From an uncultured Sulfolobales archaeon (GTDB taxonomy: Archaea; Thermoproteota; Thermoprotei_A; Sulfolobales; NBVN01), in contig CALEDH010000013.1 of assembly GCA_937949785.1 (NCBI GenBank), positions 7,519 to 71,518 on the forward strand: a stretch of 64,000 bases of DNA. Reading direction: 5' to 3'. Below the pieces are notes generated by a model, which did no database searches, was not told where the DNA came from, and was given only the letters and a program-made list of their open reading frames with translations. Within the stretch, counting starts at the first letter, position 1; each line of letters starts with the position of its first letter. The position numbers and the translations under genes were made by a program. Positions 45,401 through 55,829 of this stretch are shown here, in pieces.

Positions 45401-47746
45401 GTGAGGTTTAAGATGATGGATGAGTCAATAGGGCGGCTGAAGTTCTTCTTAGAGGTACTTAAGAGCCCTTTCGTAGGCCGTGATGAGGAGGCTAAAGTCG
45501 TTGTTTTAACGCTCTTAGCTAAGGAACACTGCACGTTTGTAGGGGAACCGGGCTGTGTTGTCGGGGATACGCTTATAAGTAGTTCTGATGGTAGTTTATA
45601 CCATATCGATGATTTAGCTGTAGGACTTCCTACGGGGGTTTTCCCGACAGACTTCCCCATACTCCCTTCAGCAAAGGCCACACAACTACATATATATGAT
45701 GTCGTAGATGTGGTGAGGATTTCTACATGCTTAGGTTTTTCTTTAGATGTAACCTCTAACCATCCTATAATGACTGATAGAGGTTGGGTTGAGGCTAGGA
45801 ACGTGAAGCCCGGTGATAGAGTTGTAATACTCTCTAAGCTTCCATCCCCTAACAAATTAATACGGATCCCTATTAAGGAGTCGCCCCTCAATAGTAACTC
45901 ACTATTAAACCTACACGACCTCAAATATCTAATCATAGATGAATATCTAGGTGAACTTATTGGGATGTTCTTCATAAGGGGTTATTTCAAAGATAGTTAC
46001 GTAGAGCTAGAGTTTAGGGGCGATGAGGTATTTCTCATACGTTACGTCGAAGACCTGATGAAGAAATCCTTCGGTAAAGACGTTGTAGACGTAATAAGTA
46101 GGACGACCTATAAGTCTGAGGACAGCGTTAAAGAGGTTGTGAGGCTAAATGATAAACACCTACGTAATTTATTAAAGATCTTAATATACGATGATAAAGT
46201 TATGGGAAGAGTGCCTAAACTCGTATTGAGGTCTCCTAAGAACGTTTCAGCTGCATTCTTAAGAAGTTTATTTGAGGTTTATGGAGGGTTACGCAGAGAA
46301 GTAAGGTATTCGGATGAAGGTAATTACGTGTTTTTGAAGGGGCTTAAAGCCTCTTTATTAAGAGAGATTCAAATTCTACTATTAAGGCATGGGATAATAT
46401 CGAGGATCCGACGTGTTAACAGCTCTAATAATAATGGATTGAGTAACGAGTATAAGTATATTTTAGAGATCTATGACCTAGAAAGTCTTACTAGGTTCTA
46501 CGATGAGGTAGGCTTTATCTCTAAGCATAAGAACGATGGAGTTAAGTCACTAATTAAGCTACTCTATGATAGCGTTAGCTGTAGGGGGAGGTGTAGGGAT
46601 GTAGGCAACTTACTCCTCGACTCGATCAGCGATGTGAGGGTTGTTCGCGGCTTATTTAGAGTTTACGACTTCTACATCCCTACCACGCATGCCTTCATCA
46701 CCAATGGACTGATTTCACATAATACTGCTAAATCAGCTCTAGTACGTAGGGCTGCAGACCTACTCGACGCTAAATTCTTTAAATACTTACTAACTCGTTT
46801 TACTGAGCCTGCAGAGATCTTCGGACCCTTAGATATAAGGGCATTACATGAAGGGAAATATATTAGGATAACCCACGGTAAGTTACCTGAGGCTGATATA
46901 GTATTCTTAGATGAAATCTTCAAGGCTAACTCAGCCATCCTCAACTCGCTTAACACCATACTCCAAGAGAGGGTATTATATGACGGCTACAATGAGATTA
47001 AGGTACCGCTCTGGAGTCTGTTCGGGGCAAGTAATGAGGTGCCTGAGGAGCCTGAGACCGAAGCTTTCTATGATAGATTCACGTTAAGGCATTTCGTAAA
47101 GCCTGTCAGCGAGGACTTATGGTACGACCTCCTCAGCAAGTCCTGGGACTTAGAGGTTAGGTCAAGCCTTACTGATAGTTTAAACGATGAACGTAGGGTC
47201 ATGTCGATCAATCATTTACGAGAACTACATCAAATCGTCCTAAACGTGAATACAGACCTAGTAAAAAGTAAGTTCGTTAAGCTCCTTGCAATCTTAGAAG
47301 GTAGAGGTATTCACGTGACAGATAGGAGGAAAGGGAAGACGTTGAAGGTTATAGCCGCACATGCTATGATGAACGGTAGGACTGCAGCTATTGAAGATGA
47401 CTTAATAGCAATAAAGTATGTAGTTCCGAGAGATCAGGAAGAACTAGATAAGGTCAGCACCATACTTTCAGAGGAACTTAAGACACCTTACAAGTATTTA
47501 AGGGAACTCAATGAGGTCAAAGGGAATGTTAAGGAGATATACAACTACGTGTCTTCGCTACGTAATATTGAGTCCAGATTCGTTGAGATGAGGTTTAGGG
47601 AGATATATAGGGACTTAGAAATAACTAAGGAGAGAGTGATTAGCTTAATGCTTGAAAGCAGTAATAAGGAGGTTGAGAAAGTAGCTAATGAAGTAATACA
47701 ACTTATAGATACTGTAATGGAAGTTATAAGAGGTAAGATCACCTAA
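45401..47746 (+). CDS. RavA/MoxR-family AAA+ ATPase precursor containing an intein in the Walker A loop
   Basis: Extein: VGRDEEAKVVVLTLLAKEHCTFVGEPG|TAKSALVRR...LLTRFTEPAEIFGPLDI...EADIVFLDEIFKANSAILNSLNTILQER...ASNE..E......ALYDRF-like AFYDRF. This is collinear with the RavA signature segments I know. Confidence 0.85.
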   Translation: MRFKMMDESIGRLKFFLEVLKSPFVGRDEEAKVVVLTLLAKEHCTFVGEPGCVVGDTLISSSDGSLYHIDDLAVGLPTGVFPTDFPILPSAKATQLHIYDVVDVVRISTCLGFSLDVTSNHPIMTDRGWVEARNVKPGDRVVILSKLPSPNKLIRIPIKESPLNSNSLLNLHDLKYLIIDEYLGELIGMFFIRGYFKDSYVELEFRGDEVFLIRYVEDLMKKSFGKDVVDVISRTTYKSEDSVKEVVRLNDKHLRNLLKILIYDDKVMGRVPKLVLRSPKNVSAAFLRSLFEVYGGLRREVRYSDEGNYVFLKGLKASLLREIQILLLRHGIISRIRRVNSSNNNGLSNEYKYILEIYDLESLTRFYDEVGFISKHKNDGVKSLIKLLYDSVSCRGRCRDVGNLLLDSISDVRVVRGLFRVYDFYIPTTHAFITNGLISHNTAKSALVRRAADLLDAKFFKYLLTRFTEPAEIFGPLDIRALHEGKYIRITHGKLPEADIVFLDEIFKANSAILNSLNTILQERVLYDGYNEIKVPLWSLFGASNEVPEEPETEAFYDRFTLRHFVKPVSEDLWYDLLSKSWDLEVRSSLTDSLNDERRVMSINHLRELHQIVLNVNTDLVKSKFVKLLAILEGRGIHVTDRRKGKTLKVIAAHAMMNGRTAAIEDDLIAIKYVVPRDQEELDKVSTILSEELKTPYKYLRELNEVKGNVKEIYNYVSSLRNIESRFVEMRFREIYRDLEITKERVISLMLESSNKEVEKVANEVIQLIDTVMEVIRGKIT
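45554..46723 (+). mobile_element. Intein (390 aa) with LAGLIDADG-like homing-endonuclease region
   Basis: Starts CVVGDTLISSSDG (block A), TSNHPIMTDRGWV (block B), LGELIGMFFIRGYF and AAFLRSLFEVYGG (LAGLIDADG-like), VYDFYIPTTHAFITNGLISHN followed by Thr(+1). Excision restores GEPGTAKS. Confidence 0.8.
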
Positions 47747-49023
47747 TGCCGGGGGTTCTGAAAGGCGTTAAATATGAGGACCCGTTAGTGATATACCGCG
47801 GTGAGAGGGTATGGAACTTAGCTCGGAGGTTAAGTAAGGGACGTGTTAAAGTAGATAGAGAATTAGCTACCGATATCTACTACGCTATGTATCTCCCCTT
47901 CCCCACATTAATACCCCAGACGAACATTCCGTATGGGAAGGATAGGGACTATAGTATCGTTAAGGAGTTGATCTCAAGTGAAGTATTAAAAGAGGTTAAG
48001 AGGTATACCATCATTAACTCATTAATGAGTACCCTACTCTCAGCTAGTTTTCTACAGCACCTACATGAAGAACTAACCTATGGTGGAGAGGGGGATGAGG
48101 AAGGTGTGAGCGATATTAATGACTTCGACGTTAACGCCTTAAGAAGAGCTGTAAATAACGCGTTAAAGCATGTTGAGGAGGAGGGCGGGGTAATAAAGAA
48201 CGTTGAGAAGATGTTAAACGAGGGTAGTGAAGCTGGCACAGGCACTACCTTAGACTTAGAGGAGGAAGGTGAGGATATCTTAAGGCTTGCTAAATCTACC
48301 GATGTAAGGAAGTTGCTTGAGGTGATATCATGGATTCCTAAAATTTCTCATAAGGTTAGGAGGAAAACTACTAAATCATCTAAGGGTGAATTACATGGGT
48401 ATGAGTTAGGCTCAGATGTTGAGAGGATAGTACCTACCGAACTTATCTACCCTAAACTATATTTCAACATGAAAGTGTCTGAAGGTAAGCTACTTTTATA
48501 TGATAAAGCCCTACCTGAATGTAGAGGGCCTCTCTACGTATTGCTTGATAAGTCAGGTAGTATGGAGGGCGATAAGATTAAGTGGGCTAAAGCAACGGCA
48601 ATAGCTCTGTTCATGAAGTCTAGGAAGGAGTATAGAGAGTACTTCATAAGGTTCTTTGATGGTTCACCGCATCAACTAGTTAAAATATCTAAGAGGTTGA
48701 AGAGTAGCGAGGTTCTCTCCTTCGTAGACTACTTGGCTAGGATTAAAAGCGGTGGCGGTACAGATATCACTAAGGCGTTGATGACGGCAGGTGATGACAT
48801 ACAATATGGGAGTAGTAAGGGTGTCTCAGACGTAATTCTAATAACTGATGGAGAGGATAGGATATCCGAGCATCTAATTAGGAGGAAGTTAAAAATGCTT
48901 GGAATTAAGCTAATAACGGTTATGATTATGGGGGAGAACAAAGACCTAAGAAATATCAGCAGTAAATACTTAAGAGCGACTAAGTTATCGCAGAGGGAAT
49001 TAATTCAAGTGGTTGAGGCGTAA
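47746..49023 (+). CDS. VWA-domain protein (ViaA-like partner of the RavA-like ATPase)
   Basis: MIDAS motif LLDKSGSMEG, later GGGTD and ITDGED; the start overlaps the ATPase stop (TAATG). Confidence 0.8.
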   Translation: MPGVLKGVKYEDPLVIYRGERVWNLARRLSKGRVKVDRELATDIYYAMYLPFPTLIPQTNIPYGKDRDYSIVKELISSEVLKEVKRYTIINSLMSTLLSASFLQHLHEELTYGGEGDEEGVSDINDFDVNALRRAVNNALKHVEEEGGVIKNVEKMLNEGSEAGTGTTLDLEEEGEDILRLAKSTDVRKLLEVISWIPKISHKVRRKTTKSSKGELHGYELGSDVERIVPTELIYPKLYFNMKVSEGKLLLYDKALPECRGPLYVLLDKSGSMEGDKIKWAKATAIALFMKSRKEYREYFIRFFDGSPHQLVKISKRLKSSEVLSFVDYLARIKSGGGTDITKALMTAGDDIQYGSSKGVSDVILITDGEDRISEHLIRRKLKMLGIKLITVMIMGENKDLRNISSKYLRATKLSQRELIQVVEA

Positions 49024-49062
49024 CAAGGCTATCTAACTCTATAGGCTTAATACCTCATTAAG

Positions 49063-49926
49063 GTGATGTGTAAGGTGATGTTCGCAGACGCCCACCTACA
49101 TTCTAACCCGTTAAAAGGCTTAGGGATTAGGAACATATCTAAGAAATTTAAGGATTTAGGTGGGTGGTTCTTAGCCATAGTATCCCTACCCCCAGCACAT
49201 TACGGATTGAATCCGGTCTTTGAAAACTACGTGAAGAGCGTAGACATACTTGTTAGTGAGTGTAAGGCGGCTAAGGAAGGAGGACTTACTGTAAAATGTT
49301 TAGCCGGTATACATCCAGCCGATTTAGAGAAGTTAATCAATACCCAGGCATTAAAGTATGATGAGGCACTTAACCTAGCGTTTAAGGTGCTCGAATACAT
49401 CAGCAGCTTAATTAAGAAAGGGGTGTTAGACGGTATAGGTGAGGTAGGTAGGCCTCACTATAAGACGTCGCCTGAGGGTTTCATAATAAATGAGATCATA
49501 CTTAGACATAGTTTAAGACTTACTAATGATTTAGATGCCATAATCCATCTACATATCGAGCAAGGAGGTCTCCTCACGGTGATGGATTTAAACGAGGTGT
49601 TAAACTATATGTCAATAAGGAAGAACTCAGTGCTCCTACACCATCTAGACATAAGGACGGGCTTAGAGGCAAGTAATTCAGGTCTTACGTTCACGATCTG
49701 CGGGAAATTACAGTTGATTAGGGAGGCTGCCAAGAAGTTGAGTCCGACATATATGGTTGAAAGCGACTTCATAGACGACCCTAAACGTTTAGGTGTGGCT
49801 TCATGGCCTTGGGAAATCATTGAGAATCAACAAGTAATACTTAGAGAAGGTATTATCGATGAGGAATACCTATCGAGGTTAAATATAGATAACGTTGTTA
49901 AGTACTACAGGGTTGATCCACCGTAA
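49063..49926 (+). CDS. TatD-related TIM-barrel metal-dependent hydrolase (COG1099-like)
   Basis: FADAHLHSNP (HxH), GIHPADL, GEVGRPHY, IHLHIEQG, HHLD, ESDFIDD. Confidence 0.65.
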   Translation: MMCKVMFADAHLHSNPLKGLGIRNISKKFKDLGGWFLAIVSLPPAHYGLNPVFENYVKSVDILVSECKAAKEGGLTVKCLAGIHPADLEKLINTQALKYDEALNLAFKVLEYISSLIKKGVLDGIGEVGRPHYKTSPEGFIINEIILRHSLRLTNDLDAIIHLHIEQGGLLTVMDLNEVLNYMSIRKNSVLLHHLDIRTGLEASNSGLTFTICGKLQLIREAAKKLSPTYMVESDFIDDPKRLGVASWPWEIIENQQVILREGIIDEEYLSRLNIDNVVKYYRVDPP

Positions 49927-50714
49927 GTATTTATAAGCTCATCAGGTGTGAAGTAATAAGATATCTTCCCGTCGAAATAATCTCTTATAACTGCTTTAGC
50001 TGCTTCATGTAGAAGCGGTTCTCTATCCTTCTTTGAAACCCAACCTCTTTTAACAGCTAAGACCTCTAGAATCCTATAGGGGTCTACCTCCTCAATCCCA
50101 TACACTTCTATAAAAGCGGTCTTATTGAATTTTAAAACCTTCTTAATAAACTCAACCGCTACGGATGTTATGTTATTGAGTTTATCAATGTTCTCAGACC
50201 TTATTACTGATTCAACATCACCACTACCCGACGGGATTAAACCAGGGGTATCGATTAGGTAAATCCCCCTCCCAATACTATATAGCTGAGACCTCACGGT
50301 ATATCCCGGACTACCCGGCAATGTCGATGTCGGCGCAGAATGTCTTCCCTTAAGAGCGTTTATCAACGTAGACTTCCCTACCTTAGGCAATCCAACAACA
50401 GCAATTACTAGCGGTCTCTTAGCCATCCCACGAACCTCACTTCGTAATACCTTAGTACCTAACCTATCCCTTGCAGAAATGTAAATAGACCTAAGCCCTA
50501 ATGACTCAAAGTACTCCTTCCATCTCTCCGCAACCTCCCTAGGCACTAAATCAGATTTATTAAGAACGATAATTAAGGACTTACTTAAATTCAATGCTAA
50601 TGACTCCGCCCTAACACTTCTAGTACTAATAGGATCTCTGATGTCCACTACTTCAAGAACAACATCAGATGATGCCATTAACTCTTTGATCAAACCCCAG
50701 CTAGCTAGCCTCAC
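49905..50714 (-). CDS. Circularly permuted GTPase (YlqF/RbgA-like ribosome-biogenesis GTPase)
   Basis: Motif order G4 NKSDL, then G1 GLPKVGKSTLINAL, then G3 DTPGL. Confidence 0.75.
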   Translation of the reverse strand: MRLASWGLIKELMASSDVVLEVVDIRDPISTRSVRAESLALNLSKSLIIVLNKSDLVPREVAERWKEYFESLGLRSIYISARDRLGTKVLRSEVRGMAKRPLVIAVVGLPKVGKSTLINALKGRHSAPTSTLPGSPGYTVRSQLYSIGRGIYLIDTPGLIPSGSGDVESVIRSENIDKLNNITSVAVEFIKKVLKFNKTAFIEVYGIEEVDPYRILEVLAVKRGWVSKKDREPLLHEAAKAVIRDYFDGKISYYFTPDELINTYGGSTL

Positions 50715-50890
50715 ATCCCTCTCTACAGATTAACTAGATCTAAAATTATTAAAAATTAAAATCAGTAAGCCAGTCATCGTTGACAGTTCAAACACTGTAT
50801 CATATATAGATCCGCTAACATCGATACATCATTTAATTTTACTACGTGTTTAATATCTTGAAAACAAGAACTAAATTGAAATAAAGATAG

Positions 50891-50908
50891 TTAGCTTTAT
50901 TAGCTTTA
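50891..50908 (+). promoter_or_regulatory. Tandem 9-bp repeat TTAGCTTTA x2 containing the probable TATA box of the SOR gene
   Basis: Read directly; the second copy plus TAG (CTTTATAG) lies 24-31 nt upstream of the ATG at 50934. Confidence 0.3.
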
Positions 50909-50933
50909 TAGTAAATAATCTATTGGTGTTAAT

Positions 50934-51311
50934 ATGAAAAAATTAAGTGAACTTATATACACTTCCAAATCTACCGATGTAGGAGCGATCTCGAAGGCTG
51001 AGTATCACCTACCTAAAATCATAGTTCCTGAGGAAGTTAAGGTGGGTGAGCCTTTTAAAGTTAAGGTCGTAGTAGGCCCTCATCCTAACACTTCTGAACA
51101 CTACATAAAGCGTATAGAACTCTATTTCAGCGAAGATGGTAGGGCGTTTAACCCAATCCTACTAGCATACGTAGATTTAACACCTATATACTCACAGCCT
51201 GAGGTTGAATTCACCATAAAGTTAAGTAAGAACGGTGTTTTACATGTTGTTGAATACTGTACGTTGCATGGACTGTGGGAAGAGACTAAGGAAGTTAAGA
51301 TGATGACGTGA
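50934..51311 (+). CDS. Superoxide reductase (1Fe neelaredoxin-type)
   Basis: AEYHLPKI (His), GPHPNTSEHYIKRIELYF (two His), EYCTLHGLWE (Cys-x2-His): the 4His+Cys ligand pattern. Confidence 0.7.
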   Translation: MKKLSELIYTSKSTDVGAISKAEYHLPKIIVPEEVKVGEPFKVKVVVGPHPNTSEHYIKRIELYFSEDGRAFNPILLAYVDLTPIYSQPEVEFTIKLSKNGVLHVVEYCTLHGLWEETKEVKMMT

Positions 51312-51359
51312 TCAGACAACCTTAAATACCTTTTTCAAACAACATCGTGGTGATGTAGC

Positions 51360-51794
51360 ATTTCAGAATTAATAGATGAAAAAGATTTAAAGATACTATC
51401 AATACTTATTAACAATTCTAGAACTTCATATGTTGATATTGCTAGGGAAGTAGGTATTAGTGATGTAGCAGTTATTAAGAGGATAAAGAAGTTGGAAAGC
51501 CTAGGAATCATTAAGAAATATACCGCAATAGTAGACCCGAGAAAGTTAGAGTATAAAAGCATTTCATTTACTGGTGTTGATGTAGACCCTCAATACCTAT
51601 ATGACGTAATTAACGAACTTAAGACTAAGGATTTCGTTAAGTATTTATCTTTAACGAGCGGAGATCATTCAATAATACTAGCTATATGGGCTAAGAACAG
51701 TGATGACATGGCTAAAATACATAAGGAGATTTCTAACTTGCCTGGGGTTAAGAGGGTTTGCCCATCAGTAGTGCTCGACGTGATTAAGGAGTAG
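51360..51794 (+). CDS. Lrp/AsnC-family transcriptional regulator (start codon unresolved; ATT 51360 is the best in-frame candidate)
   Basis: In-frame SELIDEKDLKILSILINNSRTSYVDIAREVGISDVAVIKRIKKLESLGIIKKY (HTH_AsnC) precedes the first canonical start (TTG 51492). The RAM domain follows. Confidence 0.75.
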   Translation: MSELIDEKDLKILSILINNSRTSYVDIAREVGISDVAVIKRIKKLESLGIIKKYTAIVDPRKLEYKSISFTGVDVDPQYLYDVINELKTKDFVKYLSLTSGDHSIILAIWAKNSDDMAKIHKEISNLPGVKRVCPSVVLDVIKE

Positions 51795-51870
51795 AACGAC
51801 TACTTCGTATTAAACGGTCTACTTAATTAGACTACCCTATATAAATTCTTAAATCCTCAGATAGCATTAG

Positions 51871-52350
51871 TTGTGCGGATTTAAAATGTGCGGGGTAGTG
51901 TCTAGGGAGTACCCTAAATATGCGTTAGTAGCTGTAGGTGCTGTGCTGATTAGAAATAATGAAATCCTCCTTGTTAAGAGGGGCTATCCTCCTGGGAAAG
52001 GTAAGTGGTCTATTCCAGGAGGTGTTGTTGAGGTTGGCGAAGATCTTTACTCAGCTGCGGTCAGGGAGCTTAAAGAGGAAACAGGAATTAATGCAAGCCC
52101 ACTTGGAATTGTATGGGTCTGCAACAATATAGTACGTGATAACGATGGTAGAATTCAGTTTCACTACGTAATCTTAGACATACTATTTGACTCGAATACC
52201 ATAAGCGGTGACTTAAAGGCAGGTGGTGATGCTGTTGACGTTTCATGGGTACCGATAAACTCAATTATATTCAGAGAGGATATCTCAAAAACCGTAAGGA
52301 ACCTCATTGAAAGAATAAATAAATTCGGGTTAAACTATATAAGAATTTAA
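51871..52350 (+). CDS. NUDIX hydrolase
   Basis: Nudix box GGVVEVGEDLYSAAVRELKEETGI. Confidence 0.8.
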   Translation: MCGFKMCGVVSREYPKYALVAVGAVLIRNNEILLVKRGYPPGKGKWSIPGGVVEVGEDLYSAAVRELKEETGINASPLGIVWVCNNIVRDNDGRIQFHYVILDILFDSNTISGDLKAGGDAVDVSWVPINSIIFREDISKTVRNLIERINKFGLNYIRI

Positions 52351-52761
52351 GTTATTCACTCACCACAATAAGGTCTGGAGAAGAACTACTTGAAATTAGG
52401 AACATAGTAGTTATGAAAACATCTCCTCACTAACGGTATTTAACTATATCTGCAATGCTTCTACCCCTGCTAGCACTAATACCATCGATCCCCCACCTTT
52501 AACGTAGATCCCCTCACCGCATGGCGAGTCGTTAGTACTCCGATATTCAGATACCTCCCACTCATCATATACTACATACCTACATATGTCTAAACATGTC
52601 GTTGTACATGGTACGGCCTCCTGAAATAAGTTCTTAACCTTTCAAGCATCGTAATCGCTCGACATTATGAAATGAGTGAGAATTGTAGGGAGTCTTATTT
52701 AACATTGGAAATATTCTAAATTGGCTAGGGTAATGTTTTTAACTAATACCTGTTAATCAAT

Positions 52762-54441
52762 TTGGTGGTCTACCTGAGAAGTGATGTTATTAAGGTTGGT
52801 GTTGAAAGAGCTCCCCATAGGTCTTTGTTTAAGGCTTTAGGACTAACAGATGAGGAATTAAATAGGCCGCTCATAGGTATTGCTAATTCGTGGAATGAAT
52901 TAATTCCAGGGCATGCCCATCTAAAGGATGTTGCAGAAGCTGTTAAAGTTGGAGTGAGAATTAATGGTGGGACACCGCTGGAGTTCAACACCATAGGTTT
53001 ATGTGATGGAATAATTATGGGTCATGAAGGTATGAGGTATTCGCTACCTTCTAGGGAGTTAATAGCTGACTCTATAGAGCTAGTTGCTAATAGTTACCAG
53101 TTAGACGGCTTAGTGTTCATCGGCTCATGTGATAAGATAGTTCCGGGTATGCTTATGGCTATGGCCAGACTTGACATTCCATCAATATTCGTTGCTGGAG
53201 GACCTATGTTAGCGGGTAGGTATCGCGGATGTGATATAGACCTGCATGATGTCTTCGAAGCTGTAGGAGCTGTGAATACCGGGAAATTATCACTCGACGA
53301 CTTGAAGGTCATAGAAGATGTCGCATGTCCGGGGTTTGGCTCATGTGCCGGTATGTTCACAGCTAATACTATGGGGGCCTTAAGTGAGGCTCTAGGTGTT
53401 TCACTACCGGGTAACGGTACAGCCCCTGCAGTATCTTCTGAGAGGCTTAGAATTGCTAAGTATTCAGGTATGTTAGTAGTTGACTTAGTGAGGAGGGATG
53501 TAAAACCATCTCAAGTTCTGAGTAGGGAAGCATTCTTAGACGCTATCGCAGTTGATATGGCGTTAGGAGGTTCTACAAATACTGTGCTACATTTAACCGC
53601 TATTGCCAGGGAGGCAAGAGTTAATATAACGTTAGACAACTTCGATGAGTTAAGTGATAAAACCCCAACGCTATGTAGGTTAAGTCCTGCAGGTAAGTTC
53701 CACGTTCAAGACCTCCATGAAGCAGGAGGCATACTTGCGGTGATGAAGGAGTTAAGTAAGAAGGGTTTAATACATGGAGATAGGGTGACTGTAAGCCTGA
53801 AAACTGTTAAGGAGCTTATAAGTAGTGTTAGTGTTTTAAGGAGGGAGGTTATCAGACCTGTTGAAGATCCTTGGCTTATAAGAGGGGGATTAATGATACT
53901 TAAAGGGAGTTTAGCTCCTGACGGAGCTGTGATTAAGCTATCTGCAGTAACAACCGAGGTTAAGCAATTCAAGGGTGTTGCTAGGGTATTCGAGTGCGAG
54001 GAAGACGCTGTCAAGGCAGTCCTCAACGGTAAGATATGTAGAGGAGACGTAGTTGTGATTAGATATGAAGGCCCTAAAGGAGGACCTGGAATGAGGGAGA
54101 TGTTAGCAACTACCTCTGTATTAGCTGGGAGCGGGTTGGATAAGGATGTAGCCTTAATAACTGACGGTAGGTTTTCCGGAGCGTCTAGAGGGTTGGTAGT
54201 GGGTCACGTATCACCTGAGGCTGCTGAAGGAGGACCTATAGCGTTAGTAGAGGACGGCGATCCCATAGCTATAGATCTTACATCTAAGAGAGTTGACATG
54301 CTAATACCAGACGATGTCATGAATGAAAGGCTTAAGAGGTTTACACCACCGCCGAAGAAGTTTAAGAGAGGTGTCCTAAGTAGGTATTCAGACGTTGTAA
54401 CTTCAGCGAGTACTGGGGCCGTATTTAAAGAATTAATATAG
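52762..54441 (+). CDS. ilvD: Dihydroxy-acid dehydratase
   Basis: [48 protein letters not shown]. Confidence 0.9.
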   Translation: MVVYLRSDVIKVGVERAPHRSLFKALGLTDEELNRPLIGIANSWNELIPGHAHLKDVAEAVKVGVRINGGTPLEFNTIGLCDGIIMGHEGMRYSLPSRELIADSIELVANSYQLDGLVFIGSCDKIVPGMLMAMARLDIPSIFVAGGPMLAGRYRGCDIDLHDVFEAVGAVNTGKLSLDDLKVIEDVACPGFGSCAGMFTANTMGALSEALGVSLPGNGTAPAVSSERLRIAKYSGMLVVDLVRRDVKPSQVLSREAFLDAIAVDMALGGSTNTVLHLTAIAREARVNITLDNFDELSDKTPTLCRLSPAGKFHVQDLHEAGGILAVMKELSKKGLIHGDRVTVSLKTVKELISSVSVLRREVIRPVEDPWLIRGGLMILKGSLAPDGAVIKLSAVTTEVKQFKGVARVFECEEDAVKAVLNGKICRGDVVVIRYEGPKGGPGMREMLATTSVLAGSGLDKDVALITDGRFSGASRGLVVGHVSPEAAEGGPIALVEDGDPIAIDLTSKRVDMLIPDDVMNERLKRFTPPPKKFKRGVLSRYSDVVTSASTGAVFKELI

Positions 54442-54472
54442 TGATTAACTCGATGGAAATGTTTTTATTACA

Positions 54473-55806
<1,334 letters not shown>

Positions 55807-55829
<23 letters not shown>

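Noticed and set aside
45388-45975. 195-aa minus-strand ORF overlapping the start of the RavA-like gene
   Set aside because: It is a shadow ORF of the ATPase/intein coding sequence. It has Ser/Thr/Leu-rich composition and would run into the tRNA-side promoter.
51335-51562. 75-aa minus-strand ORF
   Set aside because: It is antisense to the AsnC-type HTH coding region, which is clearly the real frame.
52547-52568. Minus-strand perfect C box AUGAUGA followed after 11 nt by CUGA (half of a C/D sRNA)
   Set aside because: There is no C'/D pair with proper spacing downstream and no second CUGA within 60 nt. A single C/D' pair is likely chance.
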